A stretch of DNA of 64,000 nt from Chiloscyllium plagiosum (GCF_004010195.1 NC_057756.1:591805-655804), one strand, 5' to 3'. Counted from the first letter of the stretch, positions 25,701-40,700 are shown. Numbers and translations: made by a program. The notes: generated by a model not told the origin, from the letters alone.

Positions 25701-28700
25701 TCTTCACAAATCTTTCCAATAGGGCTACCAGTGACATCAAATTACTAATATCCAAATATCAACAGTTCGAAGATTGGGCATTAAATAAAATATCACTATT
25801 CTGGTCTTTGAATATTGATGTTAAAAACATTAAGTGCTCACATTTTCCATAGGCAACATTTCACTACATGATTGAATGATTATTCAAGCCATACAAGAAT
25901 AAGGATTAAATTGGGTTCTGCACTTTCAAATCCCTATTGGCTTAAAAATACTTATTAACATTTTCTTAATAGACCCCTAATTGATTGTAGAAAACAAGAT
26001 AGTAATAAAGGATGATGTAATATATTGAACATTAATGTTTGCGAAAGCTTTATTGCTAGAAATAGCTAGGAATTTGCAAGGGAAGCAGAGACCTCACAAT
26101 CTCTTGCAGTGTTCTTTAGATATTCTAATGTAATATCCCCGTGAATGTGAAACAGGAAAGACATTGCGGGAGCAAATTGCAGCAGCTATTAGGACAGATT
26201 ATTTATAATGGAAATGACATGCTGCGAATGTGATGTGCAATGACGATCATGGAGAATATGGTTAAATTGCTATATTATTTGTGCTTAGAATTTGTTAATG
26301 TATTGCTGCAGTAATTGATTGTTTTTGTTGTACTGATGATAAGGTAAATGATCCAGCAAAGTTGGGAAGGCAAAATGTTGCTTTGTATTTTCCTTTTTTT
26401 TGTTTGTTATTGACAATATTAATGACCATAATGCTGAGAACATTTAAGCAATATCACAAAGCTAGCCCTTCTTTTTTCGAAAAGCTTTTACTTGGCTCAA
26501 TGATACTCTGTCCTTGATTATTTTCAAAGGGGTGAAAGACCAGGCCATCTCTGCTCAGACTGGTTTGGTACAGAGATTAAAGGGTATTGAGAGGCCTTTT
26601 TGTTATTATGTAGACGAATGAGACTTCAGGCCAAAGTGGTCATATTATGGAAGTGACATGTAGAGTGAAAGGGGAATGGTCAGCTCTCTAGCTGAGTTGA
26701 GTAGTTTAATTCAGTCCAATACTGGTCGGGAATACAACAGTGAGCTGTGTGGAAACTCTCTCTTCTAACTTCAACCTGTAAACATCTGATGCTTTTTTTG
26801 TACTGTGTTTAAAGGGGGTTTGCTTATTGGCACTGTTGTGTATATTCATAACAGCATACTTAAGCCATGTTTGGATTGACTGAGTTCCGCAGGGGTTCCT
26901 TATTCTGTTCTTCGTGTTTCATTGTTCAATTTTGTGAATGCAGTGGTCATGTTTTAGAAGTAGCCTGTAGAATGAAAGGTAAAAACAATGACTGCAGATG
27001 CTGGAAACCAGATTCTGGATCATTGGTGCTGGAAGAGCACAGCAATTCAGGCAGCATCCGACGAGCAGGAAAATCGACGTTTCGCCCGAAACGTCGATTT
27101 TGCTGCTCGTCGGATGCTGCCTGAATTGCTGTGCTCTTCCAGCACCACTGATCCAGAACCTAGAATGAAAGGGTCAGCTATTTAGCTGAGCTCAGCAGTT
27201 TAATTTAGTCCAGTACTAGTTGAGATTTCCACCGTGACCTGCGTGGAAACTCTCTCTTCTCTCCGTTCTATCTTCAACCTGTTAGTATCTGATCCTTTTT
27301 AATACAGTCTTTAATGGGGATTCGCTTATTGAGACTTCTGAGTATATTGCATACGGCATACTTAAGTCTTGTTTGGATAGAATGAGTTCTGCAGGGGTTC
27401 CTTATTCTGTACTTCATGTTTCATTGTTCAATTTTGTGAATACATTTTTTGTCTGGTTTAAACCTGGTAGTCAACCTCGCTAACATAATCTGGGTAATTT
27501 TCATTATACACTTACCGAAACATGTTGCAAAGTTATAGACTGGGCTGCCTGCTTAAGAACCTTTTGAGTGGACTGGCCTAGTCCATAACAGATTGGAGGT
27601 TATTTGTGGGATTTTAAGCAGCAAATGGTAGGTGCTAGTGTCTGCATTTCGGGTGTTGGTTTGGTTGAGTAGACAAAGCTTGGGATATTAATGGCTCTTT
27701 CAGTTTTCTAGATGTTGTTGTGGTGACTTTGGAAATTATGCAAAAAGTGAATAAGACTAAGCTGCAGAAATTAGCTGAGAAGATGGAATTGGAACTGTCT
27801 GCTTCTGTGAGGAAAGGAGAGATAATTACAGGAGGAGCTCAGCATTTAAACTTGCTAGAGAAACTATCAGAATCTATAGCGATGGCAAGAATTCAATTGC
27901 AAATGAAACAGCTTGAGTTAGAAGCAAGAGATAAAGAAAGGGCAGCAGAAATGAAATAGTTTGAGTACGATTAAAAGCAGAAGAGGGGAAAAAGAGAACG
28001 CAGAGAAAGAAAGAGAGATTTTTTGAACGTCAAAAACCGACACGTAAAAAGGAAACGCAGCTTTGAAGGCTGGAGATAAAGGCCGAGAGTAGGCGTAGTG
28101 AGGAAGAGAGGGAGGATGAGGAAGCCAATGGTTTTAGAAGCCCAGTGAGAAATTGTTTCAGTATGTTCAATCATTGCCTAAATTTGGTGAGAAGGATGTG
28201 GAAGCCTTTTTCATCTTATTAGAAAACGTGGCTAAACGAATGCAGTGGCCAGTGGCAATGTGGGTTTTGTTGATCCAAACGAAACTTGTAGGTAGGGCTG
28301 GTGAGATATTCGCATCAGCATCAGAGGAGGTATCTGGGGAGTATGAGGAGGTGAAAAAAAAACATTTTAAGTGCATATGAGCTTCTACCAAAAGTCTATA
28401 GACAACGTTTTCGGAATCTGATGAGGGACTCTGGTCGAGTTTGAAAGGATCAGAGTATTTTTGATCAATGGATAAGAGCTTTAAAAATCGAGCAAACCTA
28501 TGTTGCCCTTAGATAAGTCATTATTTTGGAGGAATTCAAAAATTCACTGCCTGAATTAATGCAAACACATGTGAAAGAGCAGCGAGTTAAAACAGCAAGG
28601 TTAGCAGTTAAAATGGCTGATGATTATCAGCTGGTCCATAAAACTCGGTTTGGCTTGCAGAATCAATTTCAGGCCATGAGAGATAGAAATTGGGGCAAAG

Positions 28701-31700
28701 AGAAATCGTCACGTGGCAAAGGAAAGGTAGATCTCAGTGAAGATCATAAGGATAACTTACTACAGGGTAAAAAAAGCTGTTGAGTCTGGCAAAGAAGTTA
28801 AAAAGCTCCGGTGTTTTCATTACAATAAAGTGGGCCACACGAAATCAAAGCGTTGGTGGGCTTGGAGAAAGCCAGATATAGTAAAAACAAACACGCCTGG
28901 AAGTTTTGCTGGACTATTAATAAAAAGCACAAGGGTAGTTAGACAACTGCTTCAGAGTGTACAAAATGTTCATAGGTTGATTAAGGAGGAAGTGCCAGAT
29001 CTGCTTAAAAATTACATGCAAGTGTAAATTTGATTCACATAGGCCAGGAGGGGTAGATAAGGAGTTTACAATATTAATGGACATAGGATCCTCTTAGTCG
29101 GTAATGCTGAAGGATGACGGAATATGTGCTCCTGAGGAACTATTGACAGAAATGGTACTGGTAACAGGAATTCATGGTGAGCCAAAAAGTGCTCGATTAT
29201 GTAAAGTGAGGCGAGAAAGTCCGGAGAAGAGTGGAGAATTTGTGGTAGGAGTGCTGGACAAACTCTCAGCTCCAGGAATTAAGTTTTTCTTGAAAATGAT
29301 ATAGCTGATTCACCAGTAGGTGTGCTGCCTACTCAAGTTGAAAAGTCAGTTGAGACACAGACAACTGAAGACATGGAGAATATTTACACAGGAATTTTTC
29401 CTCATTGTGTGGTCACAAGATCACAGAGGCACAAGCTGAAGCAGGATGGATCAAAAGGCACAAATAAGGAAGCTACATAATATTGTCCGAGACCTTTTTT
29501 GACCAGATAAGTGGAAAAGAGAAGAAACAAATAGGGAACCGAACAAACATTTTTGGCTCTGCTTGACTGATTGAATTACAGCAAAAAAATGAGAGCTTTG
29601 AACTTTTATTTCAAAGGGCATTAACAGAGACGGAAAGTAGATGTACTCCTGTGTTATTACTAAACAAGTGATGTCTTAATGAGGAAATGGAGACAATCAT
29701 ACTTTCAAGCAAATGAGAAATGGGCTGAGGTTCATCAACTTGTTTTGCCAGTAGAGTATAGAAATGATGTGCCGCGAGTGGCGCATGAGCTACCATTTGG
29801 AGGGCATTTTGGGTTTGAGGAAAACACAGGCGAAAATACATTTTTACTGGCCTGGAGTACACAAAGATGCAGTTGGATTACATGTCAGCTAATTTGAAAA
29901 CCACAGGCAGTAATAAAAGCCACACCTTTAAGATCTATTACAGCATTTGAGGAACCTTTCACAAGAGTTTTGGTTGATTGCATAGGTTCCCTACCTCAAG
30001 AAAAAAGTGGGAATATGTATTTATTAACGATAATGGATGTGTCGACTAGATGTCCAGAGACCAGCCCATTATGCAACTTTGCAATGAAAAGATTGGAGAA
30101 TAATTGCTTAAATTTTATTTCCTAGATATGGGCTGCCAATAGAGAACCAGGCAGATCAAAGATCAAACTTCATATCTAAACTATTCAAGAAGGTTATGGA
30201 TAACTTGGGAATAAGACAATTCAAATCTATTGCGTATCATCCAGAATCGCAGGGAGCTCTAGAGAGATGGCATAAAACACGAACCACCATGTTGCGGGCT
30301 TATGGTCAGGATTATCTAGATGATTGGGATAAGGGAGTTCCGTTTGTACCTTTTGCAATCAGAGATGCACCGAATGAATCGACTAAATTTAGTCCATCTG
30401 AATTAATTTTGGGGCATGAAATAAGAGGACACTTAAAATTGATTAAGTTGAAATTATTAAGTCAGAATTCAGAGACCACTCATTTTGACTATATGATACA
30501 TTTCAGAAAACGATTAAATAGAGCTGATGGGGTGGCTAGACGGCATTTTAAAGTATCACAGCATACGATGACACAGGAAGCGGATAAGAAATCACAAATT
30601 GATAGGCATCTGTCTTTGTAATGGTGTTGACTTTGCAATTTTTCAACTGGGGATAAGGTTGATTCCAGTGACAGATGAGCTTTTAAAAGCAAAGTTTAGT
30701 GGACCATATTAAATTAAGAAGAAATTGAGTGAGGTGAACTACTTGATAAGGACAGGAAGAAATCTCACGGAGTGTGTCATGGGAATATGCTGAAAAGGTA
30801 TTTTAATAAGGAAGGAAAGCAAGAGATGAAGGTATTAAGGAATACAGCACAGAAGGAAGAATCAAGTTCAGAGGATTCTGAATTGGGCATTCCTCAAATC
30901 AAATTGGACAATGAAGAAGTTCTCAAAGATTGGATTGAGTTATTGAATTACCTTCCACAAGAAAATCGAAATGACCTGAAAGAGTTATTGAAATAACATG
31001 GGGAGATATGTGGAAATAAACTGGGAAGTACTAACCTAATTGTACATGATGTAGAGATCGGCGATGCTGTTCCAATAAAGCAACATCCTCATAGGCATAT
31101 CCCTCTAAAGTTGGCACAGGTTCAGAAGGAGAGAGAGTGCATGCTCCAAGATGGCATAATTGAAGTGAGTTACAATGGCTGGAGCTCACCTAAAGTCATG
31201 GTGCCAAAGACAGATGGTACCCAATGGTAATGTGTGGACTATCGCAAAGTCAACATCATTACAAAGACAGATGCCTATCCAATCCCACGGTTGGATGACT
31301 GTGTCAAAAATGTGGGACAACCAACTTACATTTCTAAGTTAATGCAGTCTTTAATGGGGATTTGCTTATTGAGACTGCTGAGTATATTGCGAACAGCAGA
31401 CTCAAGTCTCGTTTGAATAGAATGAGTTCCACAGGAGTTCCTTATTCTGTTCTTCGTGCTTCATTGTTCAATTTTGTGAATACATTTTTTTGTCAGTTTT
31501 AAACCTGGTAGTCAATCTCGCTAACATTATCGGGGTAATTTTCATTGTACACTTACCGAAACATGTTGCAAAGTTATAGACTGGGCTGCCTGCTTAAGAA
31601 CCTTTTGAGTGGACTGGCTTAGTACATAATAGCAACCAACAATTTGGAAAATGCGCAACAAACATGTGCAACTTAATATCATTGCTATAAGCACTTTCAC

Positions 31701-34700
31701 GTATAATTTGCAAGTAATTATCCGATTTGTTATAGCTTTATTCTTTTATTTTAACGTGTTGGGTTTGAGACACTTATTTGGATGCCTCGTGGCGACATGA
31801 AAGAACTGAAGATAGAATTTGAACATCCTGATGAGACGGAAAAGATTAGGTAGGCATTGCTGTTTATTATCGAAAATTAATTAGCTTATGGTCAAACTGT
31901 TGTCACACAAATGTTAGACTTGAATCAGCCATTAACAGTGCATACAATTTACGAGGTATTTTCTGTCAAATGGAAGCAGCACATTCAGCTGATTATGGCA
32001 ACAAGATCCCCAAGGCTTCCTCGAGAAAGTGCTGGCAGGTGCTCTGAACAGTGCTTAGATGTTTTCTTTACTCACAAGTGGCTTAGTCGCTCATACCCAT
32101 TTTGTGCACCTTTGGAATCAAACAGTTGATTATGGAAATGGTTTAGATGTGTCACTTTCAAATTAAAGAAATGGCAAGTTAAATGACTAGAAATCAAACA
32201 GTAAACCAGAGGTTAAGTTGGGATATAAGAAAAATAAAAATAAAGGAATCCACAATGCAGACTGTGTAGCACATGTTAGCGCATGCATGTAAGAACTAAT
32301 TCATAACGAGAAAGTAGGTGCATATTTGGAAAATCATAACACGACTCGAGAGAGTGAAGATGAGAAAAGTACAGAGATGTTGTTCAGTAAATATAATGAT
32401 GTTACTTGAGAAATTAAAATTCCATTAGGTAATGGTTTAACAATACATAAATGTTAGATTTCCAAACACGATTGGTAAGATTCGCCTTTCCTGCTGACTG
32501 CACAAAGTGAAATCCAATGGTGATGCATTGGTCTGAAGATGTGATTAACAACCTACTAGAAAACAGAGAATCTCTTGGATAACATTGATGTTGAAGCGGT
32601 CTCAGAAGCAGAATGCCACAGGCGCCTGTGGTGAGGTCTCAATTATTTTGGACTATTTAATGAGGCCATATATATCACGGCTCACCACCATACACACCAC
32701 ACCTCCAACATCCCCCCGCCCCACCCTACACTTCCCCGACAAATAATTAATTATATGGAAATGATGGAAATAAGCAAATCCCAGCATAGATAATTGGGTT
32801 TAATGTGGAGGACGTGGAGTAGTGATTATATCAATGAATTGAAATCTATAGCCTGAGGCTTTGGTATTGAGGTGAAACAGTCAAAATATACAGTGAAAGA
32901 TATAACGGAGAAAATGCTAAACTGTCAAATACATAAAAAGAAAAGCAGAACACAATCTAACAGTAAACTTGACGTTTCAGACCCGATTTAAAAAAAAAGG
33001 AAATGTGAAAATTACACATTCCAAGGCATAGGATTGGAAATAGAACTCATATACTGACTGCAGAGATGGAATCTAATAAGTCACCTTTGCAATGAGATGG
33101 CAGATGATACTCCGCGGATCCGATTTTGAATCCTGCTGTGACAGATGGTGGAATTTGTATTTAATAAAAGATGCATTTAAGAGTCAAATGATGACCATGA
33201 ATCAATTTTTGACTGTCAGAAACAAAATACCCTCCGGTTTACTTATGTCTTTTAGAGAAATAAACTGTTATCCTAACCTGATCTGACCTACATGTACCTC
33301 CAGCCTTATGGGCAATTAATCATAAGCAATAAACACTGGCCTTTCTAGTGAAGATCTCATCTCGTGAATGAATTTTTAAAAAGTCTGAACTGCATTGATC
33401 CATGATCATTATTGAAAGGTTGATAGTGCACAAACGTTATTGTCAGCGTTTGGAACTGTAACAAATTTTTCCAATCTCCTCGTGATCAGTCTATTTATAA
33501 GATAAGAACAGAGTATTTATTAATTTTCAGCCCCTGAGTATGTAAGCACGAAAAACTAGATTGACAGACTTTTGGACATTAAACGAAAATGAACAGAGAA
33601 AACCTGAATGCTACCTCCAACACTCATACACTGACACATGCATGTACAATTAAGAAAGGTTTCAGGGACGATACTGTTACAAATTCTAAGCCTTTTTGAA
33701 AAATAAAGCGTGTGATTGATAATTTCTGGAAGATAGTGATATAAACCGGAAGATGCATAATATAATCGAAGATTCATTTAGCAATTTCATCAGGCAGGCT
33801 GGAAGTTCTCTGAAGATGTCCACTTGAAGGGTAATGTTGGCTTCTGTCTATTTACTCGAACAAAGAAAGAACAAATCCTTCTGTGGGCCTTGTCCTGGCA
33901 TTTATGGATGTTATCCAGGCGATACAAAACATAAGATTAAGTGTGTTTTAATGTTAACCCAGGGGCTAATGCTTTTGTGGTGTTTCTTTTATTTTTGAAG
34001 TAACTTGCTCTTGCACTGAGTCTAGAAGGAAATGTCACTGGTGTATTGTCTGATTTGTCCACAACAGTGTTTAGTTTACCAAATTTGGTGCTAGTCTTAG
34101 ATTGGTAAAATATCCTCTTTCTTGCTTCCAGATTTCAATCTCCTTATGTGACATTTCAACAAAATAGTTTTAAAAAATATTCTTGCCATGTCATATTTTC
34201 CCTTGTTTAATCTTCAAATTAATCCAGGAAAGTTTCTGTTGGCATTCCGTATAAATAAATCACGGCTGCGAATGTGTTTTTTTTTGCATGCCACTTGATA
34301 TTGTGCAGTAATTTTACAAATGACTGTGTGCTAAATCTAGAAGTCTAACATTATAACCTGTTTAGAATTCCCATAATTATCGCATTCTCACCCACCTGCC
34401 CAACAAACCATATCCCTCCTCCCATGTATCTGCCAACTCCCAGCCCACAAGCCTCATTTCTGATGTAGGGCTCATGCCCGAAACATCAATTTCTCCAGCT
34501 CCTCGGATGCTTGCTGACCTGCTGTGCTTTTCCAGCACTACACTCTCGAGTCTTACCTCCAGCATCTGCAGTCCTCATTTTCTCCTCGAATTCCCATTTT
34601 ATATGTATATGGTTTAAATTATGTGTTTGACGTGCTTCAATCGCCTTATGACATGGCATGATCTTACTTTTATACTCAGGGCACCTTTCAATTTTTTTTT

Positions 34701-37700
34701 ACTTTTGGACTTTTGTTAGCCACTGTTAGAAATGGAAACTATCCTGAATTGACTAGTTATTTTTACATTGAGATTGTAATCCTTCACTCACTACCCAACT
34801 ATATTTAACGATACCTTGTATACAGATGATCCACAAACATCTTCATCAAACATTATATTCGACAGCAAATTTGAAACCTGTGCCTACAAGAGGCCGAGTG
34901 CAGCGCAACCTGAAATGTGCAAAAAAAGACACTTCAGCATTCTGAGCACGAAGTAACTTAATTGTCCATGATTTTTCCTGTGCCAAATTCTTGACGTGCA
35001 TTTCTCAAAGGAGTGTTGATGCACTACACTAGGGGTGTGCAGTGATTAAATGCAGTGACTCAGTACTAGTTTTTGAAGAACAATTAATCAAGGGTATGCA
35101 AATTTGAGTATAGACAAAACTTTCACAAACAGTAAAATAATGGGCAGGTGAAACAAAGGGGGTGCGGGAGCACAATTGTTCAGACTGGGCCTTCTGGACA
35201 ATTGCAACAGCTGGACTTCATTGAAATGAAATGCTAACACTGAGAAAGTGCAGCTGAGAGCTGCATTCATCCCAAGTAATAGAATACAGGTAATGATGAT
35301 AAATAAAATCAATCTAACAACGATCAGAGCAGGTGGAAGATTTTTGCCCTTCCATATCTGATTTTGACGTTTCCTAGTGTTTCATTTCAAAGATACAGTT
35401 GAAGTATTTGCAGCAAGCTTCAGCAGAGAAGTAACAGAGCTATGACCTAACATGGACTATTTTCAGTTTGTGATGGGATAACACAGTCCAGAAGTAATGT
35501 TACAAACAATTGCATTTGGTCCTCACGATAGCAGAAAGGCAAAAGGTGGTGGAAGCTGATATCAATTGTCACAACAACGTTTACGGGTTTTTAAAGCATA
35601 ACTTAATATTTTAGTTTTTGTAAGTAGTACCTTGCTGATCAAATTAAAGGCTGGTTCAGTGAAACTATGTGAATGTGTGATAGTCTAGAAAATTCCAATA
35701 CAGAAAAAACCGTGAGATGTGATCTTATTGAGAATTTGCCCCAAATGTGCGTTCATTATAGATGCATGAATCAGCATCAACTCAAACTAATTATTACTAA
35801 ATCAGATTGAATGTGTGGAATGCATAATTCGGATTACTTCCTTGTGAAATTGCTACAAAACTTAAACTGGTAAGTATTGAACAGAAATGCACTCTCACTT
35901 ATAGGAAACCATATAAGAAAAATCGTAATTCCAGACAAAATGAGTCAAAATATTTACTGAAGTCCTTCAAATATGGGAAACTGTTGTTCATACCTGCTCT
36001 GGGCCACATGTAAATCCAATACCACAGTAATATGGTTAAATGCTAACTGAACACTCAAAGATCAAGAAGTTCACTCAGTCAAATGCAGAGGTAGATGACG
36101 AACAAATGTTCACTTTTAATAACTATTTTCTAAACAACCATGAAATTCTCCCAAGCTGATTTTATTTCCAGAGGTTTTAGGGCAACGCCATTATATTTCC
36201 CAATAGCAATCTGTTCAGATACCTGTAATTGCCTAAATGATAAAAAGGATAATTACTACATTCTCATAGTGCTATTCTGTCATTCGAGGCAAATGCCCAG
36301 TGGTGGTTTGATCTGAGCATCACTCATCCTTAGGCACAGGGCAAAATCGAGAAGGTGCGATCATTCTCAGTTGGTCCATAAGCTTGACATACTCTGTTTG
36401 TATCCCCCATTTTTGCAAAGCAGCTGTGGAACCAACTATTATGACCGTAACCCAGCATCTGCCGAGGTTTGCGAATGAGAATGCAGCTCAATATATTCCA
36501 CTGGCGTCATGATAATCTTCTTCCAATGTTCTTACACACAACTCCAAAGTTGGCATCTCTATCATGTCTTTACGGTAAAATTGGAATTTCTTTTAATCAA
36601 AATTTCTTTCAAAAGTTTTCTCCGGCAGTATGAGTGTCAGTGAATTCCAGTTCTTTTGAGAAGTATATTTACGTCTGCTGTATGGATGCCGAGATATATT
36701 TGTGCTTTGGGTAGCTGTCTGATGTCTCAGGATTGAATGGCAATCAGATTGTGTCTATGAAAATGGATGTGTTGACATGCTTGCTTCGACTCTTCCAGAA
36801 CTAAAAGATTTGAAGGAAAATGTAAAAGAATTAGGTAAGCATCATGGGCTTCACTCTTCATAAATCTTTCAAATAGGATTTCGATCCCATTGAGTTACAA
36901 ATGTTCAAATATCAATAGTTGGGAGTTCAGGCCATCGGACAAAACATCACAATTCTGTTGTTTGAAATATTGAGGTCCAACATATAAAGTTAGTGACATT
37001 TTATAAAGATGACATTGCAATTCGTGAATGAGTATTACAAGGGAATAGATTTATTAATAGCCTGTATTCGCAACTCAATGTTGTCATAAAAAAATATTTG
37101 ATTTCTTTTAATATGTTTGCAATTGTTTACAGAAAACCAGATAGCAACAATGGCTAATGGTAATGCATTTTACGTTAATGTTTGTTGATGTTTTCCTGCT
37201 GAAAGTAACTAGAAATGTTTGCTTTTTTGTTCCAATAAAATATTCCAATTAATTTAAAACAGCTAAGGTATAGCTGGAACAACTAAGAATAGCTTTTGTG
37301 TCAGATATAACATAAAGGGAATGCAATGCCAGAAATGTTCAGTGTGGTGACAGTAATGCAGAGTGTGAGAGGGGTTATTACTTTATAGAACATAGAACAT
37401 AGAAACTTACAGCGTAATACAGGATGTTCGGCCATCGCTGTTGCACCGATCTGTGAATACTATCGAAAGTCTACCTAACCTACACTATCATTATCATCTA
37501 TATGCTTATCCATTTACATGCCCTTAATGTTAATGAGTCTACGACTGTTGCAGGCACGGTATTCCTTACTACTCTCTGGCTAAAGAAACCATCACTGATA
37601 TCAGTCCTATATCTATCACCCCTTAATCTAAAACTTACAGCGTAATACAGGCCGTTCGGCCATCGCTGTTGCACCGATCTGTGAATACTATCGAAAGTCT

Positions 37701-40700
37701 ACCTAACCTACACTATCATTATCATCTATATGCTTATCCATTTACATGCCCTTAATGTTAATGAGTCTACGACTGTTGCAGGCACGATATTCCTTACTAC
37801 TCTCTGGCTACAGAAACTGTCACTGACATCAGTCCTATATCTATCACCCCTTAATCTAAAACTTACAGCGTAATACAGGCCGTTCGGCCATCGCTGTTGC
37901 ACCGATCTGTGAATACTATCGAAAGTCTACCTAACCTACACTATCATTATCATCCATATGCTTATCCATTTACATGCCCTTAATGTTAATGAGTCTACGA
38001 CTGTTTCAGGCACGGCATTCCTTACCACTCTCTGACTAAAGAAACTATCACTGACATCAGTCCTATATCTATCACCCCTGAATCTAAAACTCATGCCAGC
38101 CGCCACCTGAGGCAAAAGGCTCTCATTATCCAACCAATCTAATCCTCTGATAATCTTGTAGGTCTCTATTAAGTCGCCTCTTAATTTTCTTCTCTCCAAT
38201 GAAAACAGCTTCAAGACCCTCCGCCTTTTCTCATAAGATCATCCCCTCTGTACCAGGCAACATTATGGTAAATCTCCAATGAACCCCTTCCAAATTTTCC
38301 ACATCCTTCCTATAATGCAGCGAAAAGAACTGTAGGCAACACTCCAAGTTCGGCCACACCAGAGTTTTATACAGTGGCAACATGACCTCATGGCTCCAAA
38401 ACTTAATCCCTCGACCAACAAAAGCTATGATTTCTTCACAATCCTATCAACCTGGGTGGCAACTTTCAGGGAGCTATGCACATTAACACCAAGATCTCTC
38501 TGCGCATCCACACTATCCAGAATCTTATCATTAACACAGTACTCTGTATTCCTGTTACTCCTTCCAAAGTGATTCATCTTACACTTATCTGCATTAAACT
38601 CCATTTCCCACTTTGAACACAGCTCTGCAGCTCATCTACATCCCTCTGTAAACTGCACCATCCTACCGCACTATCCACAATTCCACTGAATTTAGTGTCA
38701 TCCACAAATAAATTGACCCATTCTTCTACGTTCTCATCTGGATCATGTATAAAAATGACAAACAACCTTACTCCTATTGTGGGCAAAGTTAGTGTAAACC
38801 TTTGCAATGAACAACAGCAAATCCTCTCCTCCAGGATATTGGTATCCCTCTGGTTCATGTATAGACTGTCCCGTTTGCAGAGGTCCTATCTACCCGAGAA
38901 TGGCCTCCTGTTATCCAGGCATCTGAAACCCTCCCTCCTGTACCATCCCTGTAGCCTCGTGCTCAACTGCTCTCCCTCTTCCTCGCTTCTTTGGCACGTG
39001 GGACAGTTGAGAAACCAGAGATAACAACTCTGTTTGTTCTAGCTCTAAGCTTCCACCCTTGGTCTCTGAATTTCTGCCTTACATCCCCATCCCTTTTCTT
39101 ATCTATGTCATTTGTGCCTATGTGGAGCACGACTTGGGATGCTCCCCCTCCCCCTCCCCCAAAACATAATCCAAGACATCACGGACCCTGGCACATGGGA
39201 GGGAATACACCAACTAAGAGTCTCTCTCGTTCCCATGGAATCTCCAATCTATCTGCCAACTATGGAGTCCTCTATGACTGATGGTCTATTCCTCTCCACC
39301 CCCCTTCATTCCTGAGCAGCAGGGACAGACTCTGTGCCAGACATCTGTAGTCCTTGACTTATGCTTGCTAAAACCTAACCCTCTTGAACAGTATCCAAAA
39401 CGGTATATTTGTTGTACAGAGGAACAACCACAGGGATCCCTGAACCTGACTGCTTCTTACCCCTTCTAACAATCACCCAAGTATTTTCATCTGTCCGAGT
39501 AGCTACCGACCTGTACCTTTTATCTATAGCTGCCTCTGCCTCCAGAATGACACAGAGTTCATCCAGTTCCAGCTGCAGTTCCCTAACACAATTTTCAAGG
39601 ATCTGGTATTGGATACACTTTCTGCAGGTGTACTCAGCTGGGACACTAATGGTATCCCTTACCTCAAACATCCCACAGCCCTACCTGCATTGCCATCCCT
39701 ATTAACTACCCTTAAAAAAGAACCGAAAGAGGTTGTTAATGCACTGTGGATTTATTGATTATTTGGTTATAATGATAATGAGGAAAAGAATCCTGCATGG
39801 TAGTGGAAACCAATTGGAAGTTGTTTCTTTCATATTGTCAAAGGTGTATATGATAGCAATGACGATAATATTCGAGCAGCTAAGTAACGGGAAGCGACAC
39901 TACAAGTATGTGTTAATCGATATATAACATGAAGGCTACAAGCAATTTAAGTTACAATTTGGAAGTAATTGTACTTTTTGCTTCAGTTTTATGTTTTTGA
40001 TTGCGTCAGGCTTGAGACATTTAACATTCTGGTGACATAAAATAACTAGATTAGATGACTTACAGTGTGGAAACAGGCCCTTCGGCCCATCAAGCCCAAC
40101 CCACTCACACCCCCACATTTACCCCTTACCTAACACTATGGGCAATTTAGCACGGCCAATTCACCTGACCTGCACATCTTTGGACTGTCGGAGGAAACCC
40201 ACACAGGCACAGGGAGAACATACAAACTCCACACAGTCAGTCACCTGAGGTGGGAATTGAACCCCGGTCTCTGGCGCTGTGAGATAGCACTGCTAACCAC
40301 TGTGCCACCCACAAATTCTGAGGACAGATTTGGAAATCATGATGATACACAGAAGAATAGGCCATCATTGATGTCCGGTCTCCTAAATTAGCTGGCCTTC
40401 TGTCACACGTTTTCAACCGTTCATACAATTTGCCAGGTATTTCCTATTTAATAGAAACCAACACCTTCAGCTGATTATGACCACAAAATCACTAACTTTA
40501 ACCTGAAAAGGCTATGAGCTTTACTTAATCTCCAGTAGCTTGATCATTCATACTCATGCTTTATTATTTTCAAATCATTCGACTGCATATCGTTGATCTA
40601 ATCCTCAAAGGATGAAATTAATTTCTGTTTCTTTGTGAACGTAAGTGCAATTCACTGCATTTGACAGAGTGGACTTGCAAACTAAATATGAAAGGGGAAC

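Noticed and set aside
31816..31849. ag|AATTTG...ATTAG|gtaggc exon-like segment
   Set aside because: 34 nt, no pyrimidine tract, and it resembles non-exonic sequence near 40325.
37403..38086. Regular repeats as a CRISPR-like array
   Set aside because: Contiguous tandem copies of LINE sequence with no spacers, in eukaryotic DNA.
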